NCBI GenBank assembly: GCA_012295275.1
Contig: CM022677.1
Location: forward strand, 22,692,001 to 22,756,000
Source of the DNA: Chrysomallon squamiferum
Lineage: Eukaryota > Animalia > Mollusca
DNA: 64,000 bases
Direction: 5' to 3'
This document shows, in pieces, positions 52,387 through 64,000 of the stretch. Each line of letters begins with the position of its first letter. Position 1 is the first letter of the stretch. Below the pieces are notes generated by a model, which saw only the letters and a program-made list of their open reading frames with translations, had not been told where the DNA came from and ran no database searches. A program made the position numbers and the translations under genes.

Positions 52387-55300
52387 CGTGCGTGTGTCTG
52401 AGATTTGACAGATACACACAACATGGAGTCAAGTGATATGTTTATATATAAAAAAATGAAACTGAAACTTAATAAAATTAAGGTTTCTTAGAACTTCACC
52501 AGGGTTAGAAGTGAGTCAAAGTTTAGTAGACATAGGGCTGTATTTTTTATTTTAAACAACCATATCAGTTTTGATTTATTTATGTAATTGTCTGTTTGCT
52601 TATTTATTTTTATTTTTATTTTTTTTCAGCAGCATCAGTATCTGTTTGTTAATTTTGTTTATTTAATTATTATTATTATTATTAGTAATAGTAGTAGTAG
52701 TAGTAGTAGTAGTGGTAGCAGCAGTATCTGTTAATTTTGTTTATTTATTTATTTGTTTCAGCTGGGAATGTCACCTCTTCACTTCACTGCCCAGTCTCAT
52801 CCATGTCACATTTCATTTCTTTCTTTCTTCATTTCTTTCTTTATTTATTTCTTTCTTTCTTTATTTATTTCTTTATTTATTTATATATTTATATATATAT
52901 TTATTTATTTGTTTGTTTATTTGTTTATATATTTATTTATTTATTTGTTTATTTATTTACATATTTCTTTATTTGTTTATTTATTTGTTTATTTGTTTAT
53001 TTATTTGTTTATTTGTTTATTTATTTCAGCTGGGAACGTCACCACTTCACTTTGCTGCGCAGTTTGGTCACTGTCACATTTCCTTTATTTATTTCTTTCT
53101 TTATTTCTTTCTTTATTTATTTCTTTATTTATTTGTTTGTTTATTTCTTTATTTATTTCTTTATTTCTTTATTTGTTTATTTCTTTCTTTATTTCCTTTC
53201 TTTCTTTATTTCTTTGTTTGTTTATTTATTTCTTTATTTCTTTCTTTCTTTATTTGTTTATTTGTTTATTTGTTTATTTATTTATTTGTTTCAGCTGGGT
53301 ACGTCACCTCTGCACTTCGCTGCGCAGTTTGGTCACTGTCGGACGGCCGAGGTGTTGCTGAGAGCAGGAATAAGTCGAGACGCTCGGACCAAAGTGGACC
53401 GCACCCCCTCCACGTGGCAGCCCAGGAGGGTCACCTTGAAATAGTGGAGCTGCTCCTCGCCAACTCAGCAGATGTTGATGCCAAAGACATGGTAAGAAAA
53501 ACATTCCTGAACCCAGCCACTGGTTGGTTAAAAACATTCCTGAACCCAGCCACTGGTCAGGTTAAAAACATTCCTGAACCCAGCCACTGGTCAGGTTAAA
53601 AACATTCCTGAACCGAGCCAGTGGTCAGGTTAAAAACATTCCTGAACCCAGCCACTGGTCAGGTTAAAAACATTCCTGAACCCAGCCAGTGGTCAGGTTA
53701 AAAACATTCCTGAACCCAGCCACTGGTCAGGTTAAAAACATTCCTGAACCCAGCCACTGGTCAGGTTAAAAACATTCTGAACCCAACCAGCCGTCGGGTT
53801 AAAAACATTCCTGAACCCAGCCACTGGTCAGGTTAAAAACATTCCTGAACCGAGCCAGTGGTCAGGTTGAAAACATTCCTGAACCCAACCAGCCAGTTGT
53901 TCCTGAACCCAGCCACTGGTTTTGTTAAAAATAACCCAACCAGCAAGGGTTAAAAACATTCCTGAACCCAGCCAGCCGTGGGTTAAAAACATTCCTGAAC
54001 CGGAGCCAGTGGTCAGGTTGAAAACACTGAACCCAGCCACTGGTCAAAAAAACATTGAACCCAGCCACTGGTCAGGTTGAAAACATTCCTGAACTGAATT
54101 GAATACCAGCAAGCTGACACTGGTGAATTGAATACCAGCAAGCTGACACTGGTGAATTGAATACCAGCAAGCTGACACTGGTGAATTGAATACCAGCAAG
54201 CTGACACTGGTGAATTGAATACCAGCAAGCTGACACTAGTGAACTGAATACTAGCAAGCTGACACTGGTGAACTGAATACCAGCAAGCTGACACTGGTGA
54301 ATTGAATACCAGCAAGCTGACACTGGTGAATTGAATACCAGCAAGCTGACACTGGTGAATTGAATACCAGCAAGCTGACACTGGTGAATTGAATACTAGC
54401 AAGCTGACACTAGTGAATTGAATACCAGCAAGCTGACACTGGTGAATTGAATACTAGCAAGCTGACACTGGTGAATTGAATACCAGCAAGCTGACACTGG
54501 TGAATTGAATACCAGCAAGCTGACACTGGTGAACTGAATACCAGCAAGCTGACACTAGTGAATTGAATACCAGCAAGCTGACACTGGTGAATTGAATACT
54601 AGCAAGCTGACACTGGTGAACTGAATACCAGCAAGCTGACACTAGTGAACTGAATACCAGCAAGCTGACACTAGTGAACTGAATACCAGCAAGCTGACAC
54701 TGGTGAACTGAATACTAGCAAGCTGACACTAGTGAACTGAATACCAGCAAGCTGACACTAGTGAACTGAATACCAGCAAGCTGACACTGGTGAATTGAAT
54801 ACTAGCAAGCTGACACTAGTGAACTGAATACCAGCAAGCTGACACTGGTGAATGGAACAGGAACTGCATAGTGACTGGGTTTTTTAACAAATACAGGTTC
54901 TTCCCTTCCCCCTACCCTCCAGAAAAAGTTTATTTTTGTTTTTTCTACAGCTAAAACTCATACACTGGAATGTGATGTGTTTATTACGGAACTCAATACA
55001 CTGGAATGTGATGTGTTTATTGCGGAACTCAGTACACTGGAATGTGATGTGTTTATTATAACTCACACTGGAATGTGATGTGTTTATTGCGGAACTCAGT
55101 ACACTGGAATGTGATGTGTTTATTGAGGAACTCAGTACACTGGAATGTGATGTGTTTATTGCGGAACTCAGTACACTGGAATGTGATGTGTTTATTACGG
55201 AACTCAGTACACTGGAATGTGATGTGTTTATTGAGGAACTCAGTACACTGGAATGTGATGTGTTTATTGCGGAACTCAGTACACTGGAATGTGATGTGTT

Positions 55301-56738
55301 TATTGCGGAACTCAGTACACTGGAATGTGATGTGTTTATTGCGGAACTCAGTACACTGGAATGTGATGTGTTTATTGCGGAACTCAGTACACTGGAATGT
55401 GATGTGTTTATTGAGGAACTCTGTACACTGGAATGTGATGTGTTTATTATGAACCCAAACACTGGAATGTGATGTGTTTATTTATGGGTAGACTGGAATG
55501 TGATGTGTTTATTGCGGATGTCAGTACACTGGAATGTGATGTGTTTATTGCGGAACTCAGTACACTGGAATGTGATGTGTTTATTGAGGGTGATGTGTGA
55601 CAGGACAATGTGCCTCATTCTGAGCTCACCAACTGTGACAGCAGTTCTCAGTGATCCTCACAGTCAGGAATCCAGCCATGCTTGTTTCTGTCTTCCCCCC
55701 ACAGCATTAGTTCAGTGGGTTCAGATGAGGCAAATACAGAGCAGAGATGTTTTCAAGGATTGATCCTGTCCCCAAACCTCTGTGGGCGGGGCGAGGCCCT
55801 GGTCCACTTGAAGAGCTGACGAAGACAAGCACACACTTCTTTGTGACATCACAACACATTACCTACTTCCTCATTACCTACTGCCTCATTACCTACTTCC
55901 TCATTACCTGCCGCCTCATTACCTGCTTCCTCATTACCTGCCGCCTCATTACCTGCTTCCTCATTACCTACTTCCTCATTACCTGCTTCCTCATTACCTG
56001 CTTCCTCATTACCTGCTTCCTCATTACCTGCTTCCTCATTACCTGCTGCCTCATTACCTGCTTCCTCATTACCTACTGCCTCATTACCTGCTTCCTCATT
56101 ACCTGCCTCCTCATTACCTGCTTCCTCATTACCTGCTTCCTCATTACCTGCTTCCTCATTACCTGCTTCCTCATTACCTGCTGCCTCATTACCTGCTGCC
56201 TCATTACCTACTTCCTCATTACCTGCCACCTCATTACCTGCCACCTCATTACCTGCCGCCTCATTACCTGCCGCCTCATTACCTGCCGCCTCATTACCTA
56301 CTTCCTCATTACCTGCTTCCTCATTACCTACTTCCTCATTACCTGCTTCCTCATTACCTGCTTCCTCATTACCTGCTGCCTCATTACCTACTGCCTCATT
56401 ACCTACTTCCTCATTACCTACTTCCCCAAAATTAGTCTTCTGTTTTTGTGTACTTCATTTTATGACAGCTCTGTGTTTGCAGAGTTCAGATGTTTTGTGC
56501 TGTTTTATTGTCATTCTCTGTGATAAGCAGAAGTAGGTCACACAAAACAAAGAAACAATAGCTTATGTATAAAATTTTGCAGTATTGGTTTTGTATGATT
56601 CTGTAGATTCTTTTTCAGATGTCTGTGACTTAATGCTTTTATTTACTTACATACTTAAATGTACTGTATATTTAAATGACTACTTGTTTTACTGAGTTAA
56701 TAACAATATTATTATACTATAATACTGTTGAGAGAGAG

Positions 56739-56814
<76 letters not shown>

Positions 56815-57051
56815 GCAGCCAGTCACAGAGTAAGAATCCAATGATTCCAATGATAAAGAAAAATGTACTTGACAAATAAAAGTGTTTTTAGACGACTGTT
56901 TTATTATTTTTGTTTTTCTAGCTGAAAATGACTCCACTTCACTGGGCTACAGAAAAAGGACATCTTCCTGTCATTGAAGCCTTACTGCGGCATGCAGCAG
57001 ACGTCACTTTTGAAAACAAGGTCAGTTTTATCATTATTATCATTATCATTA

Positions 57052-57096
<45 letters not shown>

Positions 57097-60000
57097 GTTT
57101 GGGGTTTTTGTTGCTTTTTTCAAGTGGTTATGTCTGCTAAGAAAGGACTACTACTACTACTACTTCTACTGCAACTACAACTGTCTACTATAACTGTCTA
57201 CTATTGTTGTTGTTGTTATTGTAGTTATTTTAACAAACTATATCCTGTTTTGCTCTGTTTGTATTTTCTTCAACAGTGTTATTGTGTTATTAAATGCCAC
57301 TAGATGAGCAGTTATACCACAGATTTGAATCAACAAGTGAAATTTATCATTAAAGGACTGAAATTACAGTTCATTTCAGATGTCTAGTTAGAAATTTTAG
57401 TAACATTGAAATTGCTTTTCAGGTATTTATTTTAAAAATTTCATACTTAGTGAGATGTACACGTGTTTTTCACATGTAAATTTACTACTTTTACCTGACT
57501 GCACATCACAGTTTCACATAGAAATGATTTTAAAATATTTTAAGTACTTGTCTTTCAGTTTGATCACACTCCTCTCGACATTGCCATTAGCAACGGAAGA
57601 ACTGATCTAGCACAGATCATCCAGCTTGCTCAGGTAAATCTAAATCTCTTAATGAAAGTTTGTAACAGGATTATCTAAATCTGTTAATGAAAGTTTGTAA
57701 CAGGATTATCTAAATCTGTTAATGAAAGTTTGTAACAGGATTATCTAAATCTGTTAATGAAAGTTTGTAACAGGATTATCTAAATCAGTTAATGAAAGTT
57801 TGTAACAGGATTATCTAAATCTGTTAATGAAAGTTTGTAACTTGATTATTTAAATGTCTTACTTTGTAACATGTGAAGTTACAACATGAGAAAGATTTAT
57901 TGAAAAACTGATCAAAATAGAATATCAGTGCAAACAGTGAACGTGTGTGTGTGTGTGTGTGTGTGGGCTATTGTTTTTATGTGTAAAATATTTCACTGCA
58001 TTTTCAGCACACTGATTTAGCATGTGCAGAAGGTGAGACAGTTACCATAGAAACAACAGAGAATCAAACTGTAGATGGATTGGTGAACACAGACGATGAC
58101 ATCAATGAAGCCGACAGTAAGTATTTATTTTTAAACACAGTTTACTGTGTTTAAACACACACCTAGTTTTACTGTGTTTATTTTTAAAAAGAGTAGTTTT
58201 ACTGTGTTTATTTTTTAAAAGAGTAGTTTTACTGTGTTTATTTTTTAAAAGAGTAGTTTTACTGTGTTTTTTTTTAAAAAGAGTAGTTTTACTGTGTTTT
58301 TTTTAAAAAAGTAGTTTTACTGTGTTTATTTTTAAAAAGAGTAGTTTTACTGTGTTTATTTTTAAAAAGAGTAGTTTTACTGTGTTACTTATAATTTTTT
58401 TTGAGTTATAATGTGCTGATCACTTGTTAACTGTTAGAACTAGCAAATTGGAAACCAAACATTTACACAGCTTGTTTTTGTACAGCAAATGCAAAAATGT
58501 TAGTATTAAAAATGTTTATTTCAATAAAGTGTAGTTGTGTTTTGTAGTAAAACATGAGCTAATAAGCCTGTCTGTACTGTGAATTTGATAAAATGTTTAT
58601 ACCGACATTGATGTAAAATGTCATATGAATGTGAACTTGATAAATTTCAGTTTGAGTTAACAAATATTATAGACTTGACACTGTTTAAGTTTGTGTATAA
58701 CCTATTAATACTTTAGTGCATTGTTAAAGATCTGATATAATTATTTTATAATGTTACAAATGTAGATAACAGAGTTATTTTATAATACCATAAAATGAAT
58801 ATAGTAAAGTTATTGTGCAATCTTCTACATGCATGTAATAAAGTTATTTATAATGTTATAAATGTATATAATAAAGTTATTTTATAATGTTAAAAATGTA
58901 TGTATATAATAAAGTTATTTTATAATGTTATAAATGTATGTATGTAATAAAGTTATTTTATAATGTTATTATAGATTTTGATTTGACAGAATCGGGGACT
59001 AACGCAGATCAGAGCAGTACATCTGTACTGGCCACACTGGCCGCACTCGCAGAGGCCACCGCACCGCGATCAAATACACAGAGTGAGTACTCACATTTAG
59101 TATGTCAAATACACAGTAAGTACTGTCATTTAGCACATCAAATACACAGTGTGAGTACTGTCATTTAGTACGTCAAATACACAGTGAATACTGTCATTTA
59201 GTACGTCAAATACACAGTGAATACTGTCATTTAGTACGTCAAATACACAGTGTGAGTACTGTCATTTAGTACGTCAAATACACAGTGAGTACTGTCATTT
59301 AGTACGTCAAATACACAGTGTGAGTACTGTCATTTAGTACGTCAAATACACAGTGAGTACTGTCATTTAGTACGTCAAATACACAGTGTGAATACTGTCA
59401 TTTAGTACGTCAAATAGACAGTGAGTACTGTCATTTAGTACGTCAAATACACAGTGTGAGTACTGTCATTTAGTAGGTCAAATACACAGTGAGTACTGTC
59501 ATTTAGTACATCAAATACACAGTGTGAGTACTGTCATTTAGTACGTCAAATACACAGTGTGAGTACTCACATTTAGTACGTCAAATACACAGTGAATACT
59601 GTCATTTAGTACGTCAAATACACAGTGAATACTGTCATTTAGTACGTCAAATACACAGTGAATACTGTCATTTAGTACGTCAAATACACAGTGAATACTG
59701 TCATTTAGTACGTCAAATACACAGAGAGTACTGTCATTTAGTACATCAAATACAGTGTGAGTACTCATTTAGTATGTCAAATACACAGTGAGTACTGTCA
59801 TTTAGTACATCAAATACACAGTGAGTACTCATTTAGTAGGTGAAATACACAGTGAGTACTCATTTAGGTCAAATACACAGTGAGTACTGTCATTTAGTAG
59901 GTGAAATACACTGTGAGTACTCACATTTAGTACGTCAAATACAGTGAGTACTGTCATTTAGTATGTCAAATACACAGAGTGAGTACTGTCATTTAGTATG

Positions 60001-61400
60001 TCAAATACACAGTAAGTACTGTCATTTAATACGTCAAATACACAGTGAGTACTGTCATTAAGTACATCAAATACACAGTGTGAGTACTCACATTTAGTAC
60101 GTCAAATACAGAGTGAGTACTCACACTTAGTACGTCAAATACACAGACTATTTATTAGCACATACACACAAACTGTTAGCACATACACACAGACTGTGTA
60201 TTTATTAGCACATACACACAAACTGTATTTATTAGCACATACACACAAACTGTGTATCTATTAGCACATACACAAACTGTGTATTTATTAGCACATACAC
60301 ACAAACTGTGTATCTATTAGCACATACACAAACTGTATTTACTTTCAGGTGTGAGTTCAACGGAGGCAATGACGTGGCTGGAGTCACAAGGGATCACGAT
60401 GATCTCCTCAACAGACGGCGGTGGACTCATCACATCGGCAGTTGACAACGGACAAACAGTCTCACTGACAGGTTAGTTACTTGTCTGTCTGTCTGTGTGT
60501 CTGTGAGTGTTGAAAACAGACAAACAGTCTTACTGACAGTTTAGTTACTTGTCTGTGTGTCTGTGTGTGTGAGTGTGAGTGTTGACAACGGACAAACAGT
60601 CTCACTGACAGGTTAGTTAGTTGTCTGTGTGTCTGTGTGTGTGTGTGTTGACAATGGACAAACAGTCTCACTGACAGGTTTGTTACTTGTCTGTGTGTCT
60701 GTGTGTGTTGACAATGGACAAACAGTCTATCTGACAGGTTAGTTAGTTGTCTGTGTGTCTGTGTGTGTTGACAATGGACAAACAGTCTCACTGACAGGTT
60801 AGTTAGTTGTCTGTGTGTCTGTGTGTGTGTGTGTGTTGACAATGGACAAACAGTCTCACTGACAGGTTATTTAGTTATTTATTTATTTGTTTATTGACAG
60901 AAGCAGGTAAGATAGCTCTAAACATAATCAGACAACAGCAAGGTTTGAAGACAGAGCCAGACCAGGACACCTCACTGGAGACAGTGGTAGGAGACACGGA
61001 TCAGGTAAAATCTTTTTATTTCTTAACTTTTTATTTTATTGTTTGTCTGTTTGTTCTTTTATTTATTTATTTGTTTATTCACCTTTTTATTTATTTATTT
61101 ACTGATTGATTTATTTAATTTACTGACTTGTTTATGCATTTAGAAACTTGTTTGTTTTATTTTATTTCATTTCATTTCATTTTATTTTAGTAACTTATTT
61201 GTCTGTTTGTTTATAGAAAGTGATAACAATAGTAGCAGAAGATCAGAATGAAAGCATTAGTGCAGATCCTGTCAACTCCATCGTCGTGACGATGCAGGAA
61301 GACGGGTCAGTGCCTGACCTTCCAGTCGACATCATCGTCCACACAGAAGGTCTGTCATTACACACAGACACACACACACAGACACACATACACACAGACA

Positions 61401-61445
<45 letters not shown>

Positions 61446-63459
61446 ACAGACACATACATACACACACATACATACACACACATACATACACAGACACATA
61501 CATACACACACATACATACACAGACACACATACACATACACACACACATACATACACAAACACATACACACACACACAGACATACACACACATACATACA
61601 CACATAGGCACACACACATACACAAACACACATACACAGATACACACATACATACACACACACTCACACACCTGGGTGTGAACTTTTTAGTCTTGTTGTA
61701 AGTGAGAACCTGTCATATGCCTGAACACTTCTGTGTATTGTATAAATACAAATAACTAATGTTTGTAAGGCACCAAGAACTTCAGTTTTATTCATTGTTT
61801 TCTGCTGATTCTTGTTAGTATCTGTGTAATAGACACATACATACACACACACTGTAATAAACACATATATACACATACACACACACTGATTCCTATTAGT
61901 ATATGTGTAATAGACACATATACACACACACACTGTGTAATAAACACATATATACACATACATGTGTAATAAACACATATATACACATACACACACACGC
62001 TGATTCCTATTAGTATCTGTGTAATAGACACATATATACACACACACTGTGTAATAAACACATATATACACATACATGTGTAATAAACACATATATACAC
62101 ATACACACAAACATACACACACATGCTGATTTCTATTAGTATCTGTGTAATAGACACATACATACACTTTCCCAGTCTGTCAAACAGGAAACATTGTAAA
62201 CATGTTCACAGTCTGAACATATCGGCCATGTCGGCTTAGGCTGCTGAGGTTTTTCAGAATCAAGCGGTTTTCATTTCTTACTGAGTCTACTACACCAAAC
62301 ACCCAGTCACCACTATGAACATCAAGAAAAATATCAGTGGCTGTGTAACTGAACTCTTCACCTGTCAACAGACAAGTTGTTGTTTGTCTTTTAGAATGTG
62401 CCTACATGCAGTGTGGTTGTGGTAACCATGTTATAGGTCACTGATGTCATTTTGACCATAAAATCACTTTCTTCATTCTAAGATGGAGCCTTTGCAAAAC
62501 ATTCCTGATAATAATAATAGCAACAACAACAACAACAATAATTTAATTACAACAGTTTTTATTAAAACTGAAAGAAGTTCTTCTGCTGTGTTGTTTTAGT
62601 TTTTGTGATGTGTGATTTTAAAGAGCACCTTCAGAAACAAAAAACAAAGTAATAAAAACGAAATCAGGTGATGGACTGTTCAAAACTTGTACAGTCGGTC
62701 AGTAATCAGAAACGTCAGTCAGTAATCAGAAAGGTCAGTCAGAAAACCACTGACCAGTACATAACATCTGCACAATAGACAATGTCTTGTGAGGTGTCTT
62801 CCTGTTAATATGTAAAAGATATTGTAAATGTTCAAGCTGTTTAATTGTAGAGTTCTTTTTTGTTAAATTTTATTTTTCTATCCAGATGTTGTTTTGTTAC
62901 TAATATGTGTGTTTGTTGTTTTGATACAAACAGAAGACAGTGGAGAGCCTGCTAGAAAGAAAATAAAGATTGAGGCTGAGGAGTCCGTATGTTGTTTTGT
63001 TACTAATATGTGTGTTTGTTGTTTTGATACAAACAGAAGACAGTGGAGAGCCTGCTAGAAAGAAAATAAAGATTGAAGCTGAGGAGTCCGTAGAGGAATC
63101 GTTGTTTTGGAATATGTGTCTGTTGTTTTGATTCAGAAACCCAGTGGAGAGCCTGCTAGCAGCAGGAGTCCGTAGCCCCTTGCAGCAGACGCCATTACAG
63201 GAAAAGAGGAACAAATTGAAATTGTAAGTTTGTGTGGCATTTCTTCTTTTTGGGGGGAGGGGTTTGTTTGTGTAAACAGGCATACATGTTTGTTTTTGTA
63301 AATGTGTGTGTGTGTGTGTGTGTGTGTAAATGGATGTACATGTGTTTGTGTAAACAGGCATACATGTTTGTTTTTGTAAATGTGTGTGTGTTTGTGTGTG
63401 TGTGTGTAAATGGATGTACATGTGTTTGTGTAAACAGGCATACATGTTTGTTTTTGTAA

Positions 63460-63493
<34 letters not shown>

Positions 63494-63823
63494 GGATGTA
63501 CATGTGTTTGTGTAAATTGATAAATGTGTTTGTCCATTTATCTGAGTTGTTAATTTTCTGGGTACTTTTGTGTATAAATAGCATGTTTTTCCCATTCAAA
63601 ATAATATCAGTTATTGTTGTTGTTGCAGTTGTTATAATTACTGTTGTTTTGTGACTAGGAGGAGGTGGATGTGGGGGCTGCAGACGGGGGTCAGGGGGAT
63701 CTGCGTAAGAAACTGGAGGAGATTCAGAGACAAGCAGACGAGTTCAAGGAGCAACTGAAGAAGAAAGAAATGGAAGCGGAGGACTACAAGAAACAGCTGA
63801 GTAAAATCAAGGGAGAGAAGTAG
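50652..63823 (+). CDS. GABPB1: GA-binding protein beta subunit (ankyrin repeats, NLS-like motif, C-terminal leucine zipper)
   Basis: Exons 50652-50759 ([25 protein letters not shown]), 53295-53491 ([29 protein letters not shown]; 1-bp frameshift in a C run), 56922-57020 ([11 protein letters not shown]), 57559-57633, 58008-58116, 58990-59082 ([14 protein letters not shown]), 60349-60471, 60901-61004, 61217-61349, one of the triplicated exons at 62934-63222 (EPARKKIK), and 63659-63823 ([36 protein letters not shown]). Invertebrate GABPB1/2 co-orthologue. Confidence 0.93.
50700..51250 (+). repeat. About 119-bp tandem copies of the 3' end and donor of the first GABPB coding exon
   Basis: gagaaacagacacagtcagagcgttgatg...accactgactgg|gtaagtctgagtcacacatccacgagatgatc occurs 5 times including the real exon end. 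Confidence 0.95.
51380..52240. repeat. About 100-bp array (51380-51770) and about 41-bp array (52060-52240) in a GABPB intron
   Basis: Direct inspection. Confidence 0.85.
53497..56425. repeat. Stack of four minisatellites: 39 bp (53497-54090), 29 bp (54093-54855), 39 bp (54955-55590), 15 bp cctcattacctgctt (55855-56425)
   Basis: Direct inspection; all lie in one GABPB intron. Confidence 0.95.
57640..58385. repeat. 36-bp array (57640-57845) and 30-bp array (58140-58385), each starting just after a GABPB donor
   Basis: Direct inspection. Confidence 0.88.
59070..60340 (+). repeat. About 33-bp minisatellite (caaatacacagtgagtactgtcatttagtacgt) seeded at an exon end, then an about 32-bp array up to the next acceptor
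   Basis: The first unit overlaps the last exon codons and the GTGAGT donor at 59083. Confidence 0.93.
60440..60870 (+). repeat. Tandem copies of the exon 3' end plus donor (gttgacaa[c/t]ggacaaacagtctcactgacag|gttagt)
   Basis: About 7 copies including the real exon end at 60471. Confidence 0.93.
62885..63225 (+). repeat. About 102-bp tandem triplication of a GABPB acceptor plus exon 5' part
   Basis: atgttgttttgttactaatatgtgtgtttgttgttttgatacaaacAG|aagacagtggagagcctgctag occurs twice, plus a third degenerate copy. Confidence 0.9.
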
Positions 63824-64000
63824 ACCTGCTGTTGGAACTCTTTTGTTAAGAGTCAGATGCAGTCACCTCCAAGAACAGACAACAGTTTCATTCGTTAAAT
63901 GAAAAAAAACGATGGAAGAAGTAGCATTTAAAAAGTGCTGTTATAAAAATAAAAAACTACAGGTTGACCGTGGTTTGTGTGCAAGAAATGAGGCAAAGAA

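Noticed and set aside
55747-56523. 258-aa (LITCF)n ORF and antisense (EEAGN)n ORF
   Set aside because: 15-bp minisatellite inside a GABPB intron.

Overview
AT-rich animal genomic DNA, dense in micro- and minisatellites, with GT-AG introns. A lophotrochozoan such as a mollusc is plausible but is only inference. Recognisable content: (1) three minus-strand copies of a three-exon gene for a small secreted Gly/Trp/Phe/His/Tyr-rich protein (1-236 partial, 4355-4774, 31599-32027). Copies 1 and 3 each sit head-to-head with a decayed plus-strand paralog whose GGGYGH-TGA-TGT unit has become a 24-bp minisatellite (1273-1599, 32875-34899). (2) A RING/TRIM-NHL-like pseudogene disrupted by a 27-bp minisatellite grown from its own coding sequence (8642-11790). 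(3) A divergent syntaxin-7/12-like gene or young pseudogene (23284-29908). (4) TLNRD1/MESDC1 (minus strand) and GABPB (plus strand), arranged divergently around a cluster of ETS/GABP motifs. (5) A TA-flanked Tc1/mariner-type MITE, a truncated Tigger-like element and a 5' U2 snRNA fragment. The most striking window-wide pattern is that many tandem repeats begin at, or copy, exon-intron junctions, creating decoy splice sites. Most long ORFs in the supplied track are translations of repeats.
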